A stretch of DNA of 64,000 bases from an archaeon (GCA_035390665.1 DAOOUC010000004.1:13480-77479), one strand, 5' to 3'; counted from the stretch's first letter, positions 8,990 through 18,232 are shown. Made by a program: numbers and translations. Notes: generated by a model not told the origin, from the letters alone.

Positions 8990-9019
8990 AAAAAAATGCT
9001 TAAATTAAAATTTAAGCAT
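8990..9019 (-). terminator. hairpin plus oligo-T terminator-like element at the tfb stop codon
   Basis: Perfect 10-bp stem atgcttaaat/atttaagcat (8996-9019) with a 4-nt loop, followed on the minus strand by TTTTTT; overlaps tfb stop codon 9012-9014. Confidence 0.5.
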
Positions 9020-9917
9020 CGATGTTTAACTTAAGTTTCGACTTAAGCTCTCTGTATCTGTTTCTTATAGTTACTTCTGTTACACCTGCAACATTAGCAA
9101 CCTCTTTTTGTGTCCTTCTCTCCCCAACCATCAAGGCAGCGATGTAAACTGCAGCAGCTGCAACTCCTGTTGGGCCTCTACCAGAGATTAAGCCTGAACC
9201 TATTGCTTTCTTAACAATCTCTTTACCTTTCTCTTCAACTGCTCCTGAAAGACCTAAAACTGAAGTAAATCTTGAGATATAGTAAGTTGGGTCTGTTAAT
9301 GGAACTGCAATTTCTAATTCCTTGACTATAAATCTATATGTTCTTCCAATTTCTTTCTTTGTTAAACCAGAAGCCTCTGCCATCTCGTTTAATGTTCTTG
9401 GAACATTGTATGTTCTACATACCGAGTAAAGAACTGCAGCAACAACTGCTTCAATTAATCTCCCTCTAATTAAACCTTTCTCAACTGTCTTTCTGTAAAG
9501 TAAAGCAGCGGTTTCTATTAATGATTCTGGAATATTTAAGTATGAACCCATTCTTCGTAGCTCTGTTAAAGCAATTGAAAGATTTCTTTGCATGGAGTTT
9601 GAGATTGATGATCTCTTATGCCATTTAATTAATCTATACATTTGTGCTCTTGATTTTGAGGATAGCTTATTACCTCTAAGATCTCTTCCCGATCTTTCAA
9701 TCATTGTTTCAAGGCCTTTATTAATCTTAACATACTTCATTGGAGAACCAGACCTTGCTTGTTCTGAACCTGGAGACTGATCAAAATTTCTCCATTCCTT
9801 TCCCATATCAACCATGTCTTCACTTATAATTGTGTGACAATTCTTACAGATTAATTCACCTGTTCTTGGATCTTTGTAAACTTTGTCCTTTCCACACTCT
9901 GGACATTTCATTGCCAT
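9012..9917 (-). CDS. tfb: transcription initiation factor IIB (TFB)
   Basis: N-terminal zinc ribbon CPECG...CKNCH, two cyclin-like repeats, C-terminal HTH VTEVTIRNRYREL. Confidence 0.95.
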   Translation of the reverse strand: MAMKCPECGKDKVYKDPRTGELICKNCHTIISEDMVDMGKEWRNFDQSPGSEQARSGSPMKYVKINKGLETMIERSGRDLRGNKLSSKSRAQMYRLIKWHKRSSISNSMQRNLSIALTELRRMGSYLNIPESLIETAALLYRKTVEKGLIRGRLIEAVVAAVLYSVCRTYNVPRTLNEMAEASGLTKKEIGRTYRFIVKELEIAVPLTDPTYYISRFTSVLGLSGAVEEKGKEIVKKAIGSGLISGRGPTGVAAAAVYIAALMVGERRTQKEVANVAGVTEVTIRNRYRELKSKLKLNIDA

Positions 9918-10109
9918 TTATATCACTCCCTTGTTATTATTAACTTTTCGCAAATCATAATTTCAAAAATAGAGCTTGCAGCCATAATAATCATTAAAAA
10001 ACAAACTAAAGCAAACCTATATAAATATTATTCTTTTTTCTAGTATATATAGCTTTCGGTTTTAGCTAGTTTTTAGAATAATTAAAGAAAATTGCTTTTT
10101 TAACAATAA

Positions 10110-11546
10110 TTAAATAATGTCGTCTTTTTTTATTTCTATATTACTACTTGTTAAGGTTGGTCTTAAAAGAAGTCTTAATGGATCTTTATCTGGATATCTA
10201 ATAACTGCGTCATTTCCTTTTATTAATTCTATTCTTACATCGCTTATATCTTTATCCCTAAAATCATTTAAATATTCAGAACTTATTACAAAACTTAGTT
10301 TTGGATTTTCCTTTAATAAAGTAATTAATTCTTTTCCTATAAATCCATTATTAATTATTGAATTTAATTCCGGAAGAATAATTAACAATTCCTCTTTTGT
10401 TTCTTCTGATATTTTTTTTAAAATTGTATAAGTGTAATAAACATAAAATGGATCATCCATCTTCAATTGAACAATTTTACTAGATCCTATATTCTTATAT
10501 GTATTTTCAAATATTTGTGAAATGTCTGTATCTCCAAAATAAGAACTATATTCTGTATTAATAATATTTAATTTAGAAATAATTCTCCATTTTTCAAATT
10601 CTGTAATTTCATCTGTTAAATCTAATTTAATTATTTTTTCTATTAATTCAGATATGTCTTTTAAATTAGAATCAAAACAAGAATCTATGATTTTTTGAGA
10701 AACTTCTGTTAATTTAAACATATTAATAAATGCAGATTTTGGAATTATTCCTAAAGGCATTTTAAATTTAAAATATTCATAATTATTTGCAGGAAAACCA
10801 AAAGGAGAAATCTTCATATCAAATTCAGAAAGTAATTCTTCTTTTTGTTGAGGATAAGATAAAGTTTTAAAAACTCCTGTTCCATCAAATACAACAACCT
10901 TCTTTGAAGATAACAAATAATTTTCACAAATTAATTTTATAGCGAAAATTCTTTCATCTAATTTTCCATTAACAACACAAACAGATCTTAAATTATCTAA
11001 TGTTGCATTAATTGATATTCCATTTTTCTTACCAAGTAATAACTTGTCTATTGAAGAAATCACCGAGAAATCCACAGCTGTTGGTAAATTTGTTAAAATT
11101 TTTACAACAAATGGATCTGTAAAAAAGAAATTCTTTATATTTTCTGGTAATATCTTCAAAGAAATTAATTTTATATTATATGATTTTATTATAGAAACAA
11201 TGGAACCTGTTGTTTTATTTAATTGTAATATCTTTTTTTCAATATGGGTATTTAATTGAGAACTATCTACAATTTCTGTTTCTGTATTTAAAATTAAAAA
11301 CTTATATGTGTTTTTTTCACCAATATCAAAATGCTTTTGATAAATTATACATTGATTTGGTAAAGTTTCGGCAAATGTCTCTATGTCTCCATTAACTGAA
11401 AATACTTTATAAAGTTGTATAACTACATTTGACTTGTCTCTAGATTTAAGGATAGATACAAAATTGTCTTCATCGTAATATATAGAAAGGTCTTTCTGGC
11501 CATAGTGACCTTCAAATAATGTATTCCATGTTGTTATCGGTTGCAT
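10110..11546 (-). CDS. HerA-like protein with degenerate Walker A (predicted inactive paralogue)
   Basis: 478 aa; SVCVVNGKLDERIFAIKLICENYLLSSKKVVVFDGTGVF mimics the HerA layout (H..I.G.TGSGKS ... vviFD.hGEY) but lacks GKS/T. Confidence 0.4.
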   Translation of the reverse strand: MQPITTWNTLFEGHYGQKDLSIYYDEDNFVSILKSRDKSNVVIQLYKVFSVNGDIETFAETLPNQCIIYQKHFDIGEKNTYKFLILNTETEIVDSSQLNTHIEKKILQLNKTTGSIVSIIKSYNIKLISLKILPENIKNFFFTDPFVVKILTNLPTAVDFSVISSIDKLLLGKKNGISINATLDNLRSVCVVNGKLDERIFAIKLICENYLLSSKKVVVFDGTGVFKTLSYPQQKEELLSEFDMKISPFGFPANNYEYFKFKMPLGIIPKSAFINMFKLTEVSQKIIDSCFDSNLKDISELIEKIIKLDLTDEITEFEKWRIISKLNIINTEYSSYFGDTDISQIFENTYKNIGSSKIVQLKMDDPFYVYYTYTILKKISEETKEELLIILPELNSIINNGFIGKELITLLKENPKLSFVISSEYLNDFRDKDISDVRIELIKGNDAVIRYPDKDPLRLLLRPTLTSSNIEIKKDDII

Positions 11547-11652
11547 AATTATACCTTTCTTGTAACTTATATTTAAATCAAAACATTTAAATAAATAATA
11601 TATTATATATCTTTAACAAGAAAAGACTTATTTTAATAAAAAATGATGAAAA

Positions 11653-12135
11653 ATGGTAGATGTTACACTAATAAAAGACACAATTACTGAATTATTAAGC
11701 GCTAATGTTGATAAAGAAACAATATTTGCAACATTAAAAGATATAGGAGTAGAAGATGGAGATATTGAAAAATATTATTCTGAAATAACAAATCCTAAAA
11801 TTCCTAATAAAGAAGAATCTAGAAAAACAGAAGAACCTAAATTAGCAAATAAACAAGAAATACTTAAACCAACTACAACAACAGAAGAACTAGAAAATGC
11901 AACAAATGATGTAATTGAGTCTGAACCTGAAACAAAAGTAGAACCTGCAATTACTAAAAAAACAGAAAATTTTTCATTTAATGTAACTGATTCTGTTAAC
12001 ACCGAAGAATTAAAAAAACAAATTATCGAACTTGAAGAAAAAGTTTCAGAAATTAAAGCGCAAATTAATGGACTTACAAAAATAATGAAAGACATCTTAG
12101 AAGAGAACAGAAATATTTTAAATAAATTAAAATAA
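11653..12135 (+). CDS. hypothetical acidic protein with C-terminal coiled coil
   Basis: 160-aa ORF, E/T-rich middle, heptad-like C-terminus. Confidence 0.5.
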   Translation: MVDVTLIKDTITELLSANVDKETIFATLKDIGVEDGDIEKYYSEITNPKIPNKEESRKTEEPKLANKQEILKPTTTTEELENATNDVIESEPETKVEPAITKKTENFSFNVTDSVNTEELKKQIIELEEKVSEIKAQINGLTKIMKDILEENRNILNKLK

Positions 12136-12137
12136 AC

Positions 12138-12449
12138 CTATTGTTTTCCAAGCATTCTTAATAAATCGTCGTATCCGCCAGAGTCTTCTTCTTCTTGCTT
12201 CTTTGATCCAAATATTGAAGCAATAACAATTATTGCACTCATTATTCCCATCAAATACCACCAAGTAATTGCAATTTCTCCAGTCTTTATGAAAACAATT
12301 ATCATAAATAATAAAACGAATAATAAATTAGTTAATGTAGGATAAAATAAAGAATAAATAATAATTATAAAAACAGAAAAAAAATCATAATTATATTGTG
12401 AAGAAATTATCATTAAAATACAAATTATAAAAAAATTTAAAAATTCCAA
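12138..12449 (-). CDS. small membrane protein
   Basis: 103 aa, three hydrophobic segments, acidic tail; TTG start as listed, start uncertain. Confidence 0.45.
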   Translation of the reverse strand: MEFLNFFIICILMIISSQYNYDFFSVFIIIIYSLFYPTLTNLLFVLLFMIIVFIKTGEIAITWWYLMGIMSAIIVIASIFGSKKQEEEDSGGYDDLLRMLGKQ

Positions 12450-12462
12450 AATTTAATCACTT

Positions 12463-12729
12463 TCATTTCTTTATAATAAATAATCCTTTTATATTATTTT
12501 TTAAATCACTACCAAAAATATAATAAATACCAATACCAATAGCAACTAACCAAATTATTTGAGGATATCTATAAAATAAAAGGAAAACAAGAAAACCTGT
12601 CACAAGAATTGCAACAATTTCATTTCCAATTTTCTTTTTAGCCCAAACATAAATCGAAATAGAGAAAACTATAAATAATACAATCCAGATTGTGTCTTGA
12701 AATGTTGTAGATAGTATTGTATTATTCAT
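12463..12729 (-). CDS. small membrane protein
   Basis: 88 aa, three hydrophobic segments, ATG start. Confidence 0.5.
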   Translation of the reverse strand: MNNTILSTTFQDTIWIVLFIVFSISIYVWAKKKIGNEIVAILVTGFLVFLLFYRYPQIIWLVAIGIGIYYIFGSDLKNNIKGLFIIKK

Positions 12730-12738
12730 TTAATTCAT

Positions 12739-13347
12739 CTACTTTGCTTTTCTATTATTTGCTCTTATTGATGGTCTATTTTTTTCTGTGCCTGTTCCTT
12801 TCTTATCTAATCCTCTATTTTTCTTTCCAGCACTTGTTATTCCTTTATAGACTCTTCCTTTGTTTTGTGGCCAACAAATCCAATTAAGGTCTTTGTCTGC
12901 AACAATTCTTGGGTGTGTTGGATCAATTAATATTACTTCATAATATTTTTGTTGACCGTCTTCTCCAATCAAATAAGAATTTAATACTTCAAGACCTGGA
13001 AACTTTGATGCTGCTCTCATTTCTGCAATTCTTTGAATGGATATTCTTCTTGTAATTTTGTTTACTCCCATTCTTTTTGGTTTTCTTCCATTTACTGGTC
13101 TTCTAATTAATCCTGAACCTTTTCTTACTTTTGTTAAAGCAACAATTATTCCTTGCTTTGCTTTATAACCTAAAGATCTTGCTCTTGGAATATTTGTTGG
13201 ATTTTCTAATTTTAATACAGCTTCTTTTGTGTGTCTGTATTTAATTAATCTATCAGTATATAATTTCTTATAATTATAATTACTGTCTTTTTCTTTTTTA
13301 AATTCCTTTTGTATTGTTTCTTTTATATATTTTGTTGCTGTTGCCAT
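12739..13347 (-). CDS. rpl15e: 50S ribosomal protein L15e
   Basis: MATATKYIKE..., RARSLGYKAKQG, RRPVNGRKPKRMG, NSYLIGEDG..YYEVILIDP; ATG at 13347 preferred over listed GTG at 13353. Confidence 0.95.
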   Translation of the reverse strand: MATATKYIKETIQKEFKKEKDSNYNYKKLYTDRLIKYRHTKEAVLKLENPTNIPRARSLGYKAKQGIIVALTKVRKGSGLIRRPVNGRKPKRMGVNKITRRISIQRIAEMRAASKFPGLEVLNSYLIGEDGQQKYYEVILIDPTHPRIVADKDLNWICWPQNKGRVYKGITSAGKKNRGLDKKGTGTEKNRPSIRANNRKAK

Positions 13348-13491
13348 TTTCACACCTATTTTTTAAATTATGGTTTAATATATTATTTAACCTACTAGAT
13401 ATAATTATAGTAACGAAACCTTTATATAGTGGTTGTTAAAATAAGCAAAAATCTAGCTTATTTTCAGAAAAAGAACAAAATTTAGAAAAAT

Positions 13492-14190
13492 ATGCATTTA
13501 TTCCCATCAGATGTTGCTAAGAAAAAAGCATTGTTGGCAATATTTCTAATCATATTTGTTTTGATTTTATTTATCATTCTTGTATTTCCAATAGTAAAAT
13601 ACCTAATACGCCCAACACAATTAAAATTATTTGTTCTGCAGTTTGGTGTATGGTCACCAATTGTTTTTGTTTTATTACAAACATTGCAAATGCTTTTTTT
13701 GATTATACCTGGCGCACCTTTCTTAATTGCTGGGGGATATGTTTTTGGAAATCTTGGTATTGTTTATTCAGTTATTGGAATAATGATTGGATCAATGATT
13801 GTTTTTGGAATGGGTAGATTATTTGGTAGGCCTTTTTTAGAAAGTGTTATTGATAAGAAAGCAATTGCAAAAATTGATTATCAATCAAATAATGTTGGAA
13901 AAACATTATTTGTTTTATTCCTTATACCTCCAATTCCACATGATATCTTCAGCTTTATTGCAGGGATTACAACTTTAAAATTTAAAGACTATATGCTTAT
14001 TTCTTTTGTTGGAAGATTACCCTTAATTGTGTTTTATACACTTGTTGGATATCAACTTACAAAACTTAATCTATTTTATTCTTTACTGTTATTAATTATT
14101 ATAGTAATTGGTTCTATTTTTATCTTTTATCACAAAGAAAAAATAGAAAATAATATACACGAATACACAAAAAAATTTGATAAAAAATAA
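13492..14190 (+). CDS. DedA / TVP38-TMEM64 family membrane protein
   Basis: 232 aa; IIPGAPFLIAGGYVFG and PPIPHDIFSFIAGIT motifs characteristic of SNARE-associated/DedA proteins. Confidence 0.75.
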   Translation: MHLFPSDVAKKKALLAIFLIIFVLILFIILVFPIVKYLIRPTQLKLFVLQFGVWSPIVFVLLQTLQMLFLIIPGAPFLIAGGYVFGNLGIVYSVIGIMIGSMIVFGMGRLFGRPFLESVIDKKAIAKIDYQSNNVGKTLFVLFLIPPIPHDIFSFIAGITTLKFKDYMLISFVGRLPLIVFYTLVGYQLTKLNLFYSLLLLIIIVIGSIFIFYHKEKIENNIHEYTKKFDKK

Positions 14191-14191
14191 A

Positions 14192-14264
14192 GGTCCTGTG
14201 GTCTAGCGGTTATGATGTTACCTTGACATGGTAGAGATCCCCGGTCCGAATCCGGGCAGGACCA
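14192..14264 (+). tRNA. tRNA-Val (anticodon GAC)
   Basis: Hand-folded cloverleaf: acceptor GGTCCTG/CAGGACC, anticodon arm TTACC-TTGACAT-GGTAG, T arm CCCGG-TCCGAAT-CCGGG, A73; no encoded CCA. Confidence 0.9.
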
Positions 14265-14280
14265 TTTTTTGGTGAGAATT

Positions 14281-14883
14281 ATGATATCAAAACTTATTTC
14301 TTTAATTGTTCTTTTTTTTGTAATCATTGATCCATTAACTAGTTTTGTTGTTTTTTTTGTAAGCACTAAAGGTTTTGATAATAAAGCTAAAATTAAAATT
14401 GCAATTCTTTCTGTTCTTCTTGCAACCTTTATTTCTTATCTTGTTCTTTTTTTAGGACAGAATCTTTTGAAATTGTTTAGTACAGACATTAATAGCTTTA
14501 AGATTGCTGGTGGAATCATTCTTTTAATTTTAGGAATAAATATGTCTCTTGGTAAATCATTTAATGACCTAGACAAAATGGAAGGAGATTCTGTACATGC
14601 CGTTGCTTCAATTATTGCAACGCCATTAATCAGTGGCCCAGCAACAATTACTGCAATAATTATCTCGGCTGCAGACTTTGGTAAGCTTTTAACAGGCATT
14701 GCTATTGGTGTTATCCTTGCAATGATAGGAATAATGTTCTATCTTTCAATTAGATTTCACGATGTTACTTCAAAAGCAAAAACCACTATACAGGTTGTAA
14801 CCACAATCATGGGACTTATAACACTTGCCTGGGGAGTTAACTACATTATCACTGGTGTGCAAGCAATCTTTGGATTTGTCTAA
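14281..14883 (+). CDS. MarC-family (UPF0056) integral membrane protein
   Basis: IIDPLTSFVVFF N-terminal motif, 6 TM; ATG at 14281 preferred over listed TTG at 14269. Confidence 0.75.
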   Translation: MISKLISLIVLFFVIIDPLTSFVVFFVSTKGFDNKAKIKIAILSVLLATFISYLVLFLGQNLLKLFSTDINSFKIAGGIILLILGINMSLGKSFNDLDKMEGDSVHAVASIIATPLISGPATITAIIISAADFGKLLTGIAIGVILAMIGIMFYLSIRFHDVTSKAKTTIQVVTTIMGLITLAWGVNYIITGVQAIFGFV

Positions 14884-15548
14884 AGCAACTTCTTCTGATA
14901 TAAGTCATTAACGATGTTATCAAGAGTTTTCCATTTTAAACGAGTGTTTTTTGGAAAACTTTTATGCTTCTTAAAATAGTCTTTAAGATAATCAATGGTC
15001 TTTGGATCAGAAGAATATCCTGAAATTTCTAAACCATCTAATTCTTTTTTTAACAATGAGTCTCTTGTTACTTTGGCTAAGATTGATGCACAAGAAACTG
15101 ATGGGTGATTAAGATCTGCTTTGTGCTCTGAAATAATCTTACTATCGCAAACACAAGAAATTGCTTTTAAATTGTCTTTTATTCTTCTAGAAAAATGATC
15201 AGTGGAAGTGTCTGGAGAATCAAACACAATTATTTCTGGTTTTGCCTTTAATTGTGAAATTGCAAAACAGGCTTTCTGTGCTTCTATCTCGTTTAAAGAA
15301 TACTTGTCCATTAAGACATTTAGTTCTTCGGCAGGAATTGCAGTAATCTTATAATCTTCTGCTTCTTTTTTGATAAGCTCAAATAGTTCTTCTCTTTGTT
15401 TTGGAGACAAAAGCTTTGAGTCTTTTACACCAGCATCTTTAAACATTTTTTCTTTATCTTTATCTATTACACAAACAGCTAAAACTAAAGGACCTAATAC
15501 GCAGCCCCTTCCGGCTTCATCAACTCCTGCGACTAGTTGTTTTTTCAT
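14880..15548 (-). CDS. rnhB: ribonuclease HII
   Basis: VAGVDEAGRGCVLGPLVLAV catalytic motif, DSKLLSPKQRE, ASILAKVTRD; ATG at 15548 preferred over TTG at 15557. Confidence 0.9.
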   Translation of the reverse strand: MKKQLVAGVDEAGRGCVLGPLVLAVCVIDKDKEKMFKDAGVKDSKLLSPKQREELFELIKKEAEDYKITAIPAEELNVLMDKYSLNEIEAQKACFAISQLKAKPEIIVFDSPDTSTDHFSRRIKDNLKAISCVCDSKIISEHKADLNHPSVSCASILAKVTRDSLLKKELDGLEISGYSSDPKTIDYLKDYFKKHKSFPKNTRLKWKTLDNIVNDLYQKKLL

Positions 15549-15628
15549 TTTAATCAAGCTTTTTAAATACTTTGTTTATTAAATATAATATAGTACTTAT
15601 TTTAAAGCTTATTAAATTGGTGAAAAAT

Positions 15629-15892
15629 ATGAACGGAACAATAACAAATTACAGAATGGGTGTAAACACACAAAAGAACAATCATTTACTTATAAAAATA
15701 GATGATGAGAAATACAATAGCAAGATTGCAGTAGCTCCATTACTTGGAAAAAAAGTAGTTTTTACAACTATTGGAAAAAAAGTAATTAACGGAAAAGTTG
15801 CTTCAGCTCACGGTAACAAAGGAATAATTAGAGTTATCTTTGAGAAGGGTCTTCCAGGAGACGCAATTGGACAAAAGGTAGAAATCAAATAA
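15629..15892 (+). CDS. rpl35ae: 50S ribosomal protein L35Ae
   Basis: MNGTITNYRMGVNTQKNNHLLIKI...AHGNKGIIRVIFEKGLPGDAIGQKVEI; ATG at 15629 (listed ORF starts at an upstream TTG). Confidence 0.85.
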   Translation: MNGTITNYRMGVNTQKNNHLLIKIDDEKYNSKIAVAPLLGKKVVFTTIGKKVINGKVASAHGNKGIIRVIFEKGLPGDAIGQKVEIK

Positions 15893-15925
15893 AGGTTTCT
15901 ATTTTTTAAAAATCAAAGAAAACTT

Positions 15926-16678
15926 ATGGATAAAAAACTATTTCTTGAAAAAACAATAAAAGATCTTAAAGTTGAACTTGAAAGCCCAGATCAAAGAATT
16001 ATTGCACTTTATCAAATTGTAGATAAACTACCTAAAAACATTAACGAACTTTTTGAACAACTAAGGGTTGTTACAGACACAATCTATCCAAACTTAGAAA
16101 AAGAAATTAATGTTAAAGATTATTGTAAAATACTTTTGTTGGAAAAAGTAACAATAGAAGAATTAAAGAAAATTGGAATTACTAATACAAAGGTAATTGA
16201 GATTATTGATTCTGGAGTATCAATAACTTTAGAAGAAAAAGAAAAAAAACTTATTAAAAATTTTGCAGAAAATATTTTAGAACTTATAAAAATAAAAGAA
16301 GAACTTGAAAATCAAGCACACACAATTGCAGAAAAAACATACCCTACTTTTTGTTCAGTTACAGGAACAAAGATTGCTTGTCAGATGCTTGTTATTGCCG
16401 GATCTATTTCCAGACTTTCAAGAATGCCAAGTTCTACTATACAGCTTCTTGGTGCAGAAAAATCTTTATTTAAATCAATAAAAATGGGAAATAAGAAGAC
16501 TCCAAAATATGGTCTTTTGTTTAATCATTCTCTTATTATTAACAAAACTAAGAAAGACAAAGGCAGAATTGCAAGATTTTTAGCAGGAAAAATTGTTATC
16601 GCAATTAAAGCAGACATTTCAGGTAAAGACTTAAGAAAGGAATTAAGTGAAAAAATTTCTAAAAAAATAAAGGAATAA
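15926..16678 (+). CDS. nop5: Nop5 (Nop56/58) C/D-box sRNP core protein, short form lacking the N-terminal domain
   Basis: NOP domain SSTIQLLGAEKSLF...KTPKYGLLFNHSLI...KGRIARFLAGKIVIAIKAD; only 250 aa, begins at the coiled-coil entry motif SPDQRIIALYQIVDKL. Confidence 0.85.
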   Translation: MDKKLFLEKTIKDLKVELESPDQRIIALYQIVDKLPKNINELFEQLRVVTDTIYPNLEKEINVKDYCKILLLEKVTIEELKKIGITNTKVIEIIDSGVSITLEEKEKKLIKNFAENILELIKIKEELENQAHTIAEKTYPTFCSVTGTKIACQMLVIAGSISRLSRMPSSTIQLLGAEKSLFKSIKMGNKKTPKYGLLFNHSLIINKTKKDKGRIARFLAGKIVIAIKADISGKDLRKELSEKISKKIKE

Positions 16679-16680
16679 AT

Positions 16681-17286
16681 ATGAGTATAAAAAACCTAAT
16701 TAGAGCAGACGGAAACTTCTATACTCTTGACCTTAATACCAAAGAAAAAAGACTTTGGGAGCCAACAAGATCAAAAGTTTGTGCTGCTTTAAAAAAGGGT
16801 GTTAATTTCTTACCAATTAAAGAAGACTCTATTGTTCTTTATCTTGGATGTGCAGAAGGTTATACTTGCTCATATCTTTCAGATATTGTTGAGAAAGGAA
16901 CAATCTATGGAGTTGATCTTTCTCCACACAGTATGCAAAAATTTGTGTTACTTTGTAAAGAAAGAAAAAATCTTGTGCCTGTACTATTTGATGCTAATAA
17001 ACTTGAAGATTATGATCTTCTTAAAGGATTAAAAGTAGATGTAATTGTGCAAGATGTTGCTCAGAAAAATCAAGTAGAGATATTAAACAAGAATGCTTTA
17101 CTTTTTTTAAAGCCAAACGGTTACTTTATATTAAGTCTTAAAACAACAGCAATATCTCAGAAAAACACAAGAGACATAATTGAAAATGAAATTAAAAAAC
17201 TTGAAAAAGACTTTGAGATAACTGAAAAAAGAAGACTTGATCCTTTTGAAAAGAAACATATGATAATAATTGGAAAAAAGAAATAA
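16681..17286 (+). CDS. flpA: fibrillarin-like rRNA/tRNA 2'-O-methyltransferase
   Basis: RLWEPTRSKVCAALKKG, SAM motif VLYLGCAEGYTCSYLSDIV, VIVQDVAQ; immediately downstream of nop5. Confidence 0.9.
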   Translation: MSIKNLIRADGNFYTLDLNTKEKRLWEPTRSKVCAALKKGVNFLPIKEDSIVLYLGCAEGYTCSYLSDIVEKGTIYGVDLSPHSMQKFVLLCKERKNLVPVLFDANKLEDYDLLKGLKVDVIVQDVAQKNQVEILNKNALLFLKPNGYFILSLKTTAISQKNTRDIIENEIKKLEKDFEITEKRRLDPFEKKHMIIIGKKK

Positions 17287-17296
17287 TTATTGTTTT

Positions 17297-18232
17297 TTAA
17301 ATCAAAAATAGAATTATATTAAAAATAATATACATTAATAATAATAATCCGCCTTCTTTCTTTGTTAACTTTTTATCTAATATCACATAGATAAATGAAA
17401 TTACAGCTAAACCAAAAATTGGAATTGCAATTGTAAAAAGGGTTACTGGAACAATAATAAAACCAAAAAATCTTGAAAAACTTGTAACAATCAAAAGATC
17501 GATTATACTTGCACCAATGATGTTAGCAACTGCAATATCAAGATGACCTTTTCTTAAAGACACTAATCCTACAGTTAATTCTGTAAGACTTGTTCCAAAA
17601 GCAATAACTGTTATTGCAATAATTTCTGGAAAGATTCCAAGAATTTTTGAAATATGTAACATTGAATCAACAACATATTTTGAACCAACATAGATTAAGA
17701 AAGAATAAATTAGAAGTAAAAAAATACACATAAAGGTATTTGACTTAGGCCCAGATTCTTCTAATTTTACTGGTTTTGATAACCTGTATTGATATGCAGA
17801 ATATGCAATATAGATTAAAACACATAAAATAGCCTCAATCATTGTAAAATTATTATCAATTATAAACAGAATAAAAAGACAAGAAACTGTTGCAAAAATC
17901 CATAAATCGGTTTTTATTGTTTCTTTGTATAAATATTTTGTACCATATAAAAATCCAACTAATCCAATAACTAAAAACACATTTGTTGTAACTGAACCAA
18001 GAACTGTTGGTATAACAATCTCTGATTCTCCTTTTAGTGTGGCATAGATAGAAGATGCAAGTTCAGGAAGAGTTGTTCCAATACTTACAATAATTAGGCC
18101 TATAAGAAATGTTGAAAGCCCTAAATTCTTCCCAAGTTCTTTAGATTTATCTACAAATAAATCCGCAGTATAAATCAAAATAAATAAACTTACAATAAAA
18201 ACAAAAGCCCAAAATAAGAAAGCAAATAACAT
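17297..18232 (-). CDS. Ca2+/Na+ antiporter (CaCA / YrbG family)
   Basis: 311 aa, ~10 TM, two alpha-repeat motifs GTTLPELASS and GTSLTELTVG. Confidence 0.8.
   Translation of the reverse strand: MLFAFLFWAFVFIVSLFILIYTADLFVDKSKELGKNLGLSTFLIGLIIVSIGTTLPELASSIYATLKGESEIVIPTVLGSVTTNVFLVIGLVGFLYGTKYLYKETIKTDLWIFATVSCLFILFIIDNNFTMIEAILCVLIYIAYSAYQYRLSKPVKLEESGPKSNTFMCIFLLLIYSFLIYVGSKYVVDSMLHISKILGIFPEIIAITVIAFGTSLTELTVGLVSLRKGHLDIAVANIIGASIIDLLIVTSFSRFFGFIIVPVTLFTIAIPIFGLAVISFIYVILDKKLTKKEGGLLLLMYIIFNIILFLI

Noticed and set aside
8831-9034. 67-aa ORF in the tfb downstream spacer.
   Set aside because: Its codons are the arms of the consecutive hairpins, and it overlaps the tfb stop. RNA/DNA structure explains the sequence better than coding.
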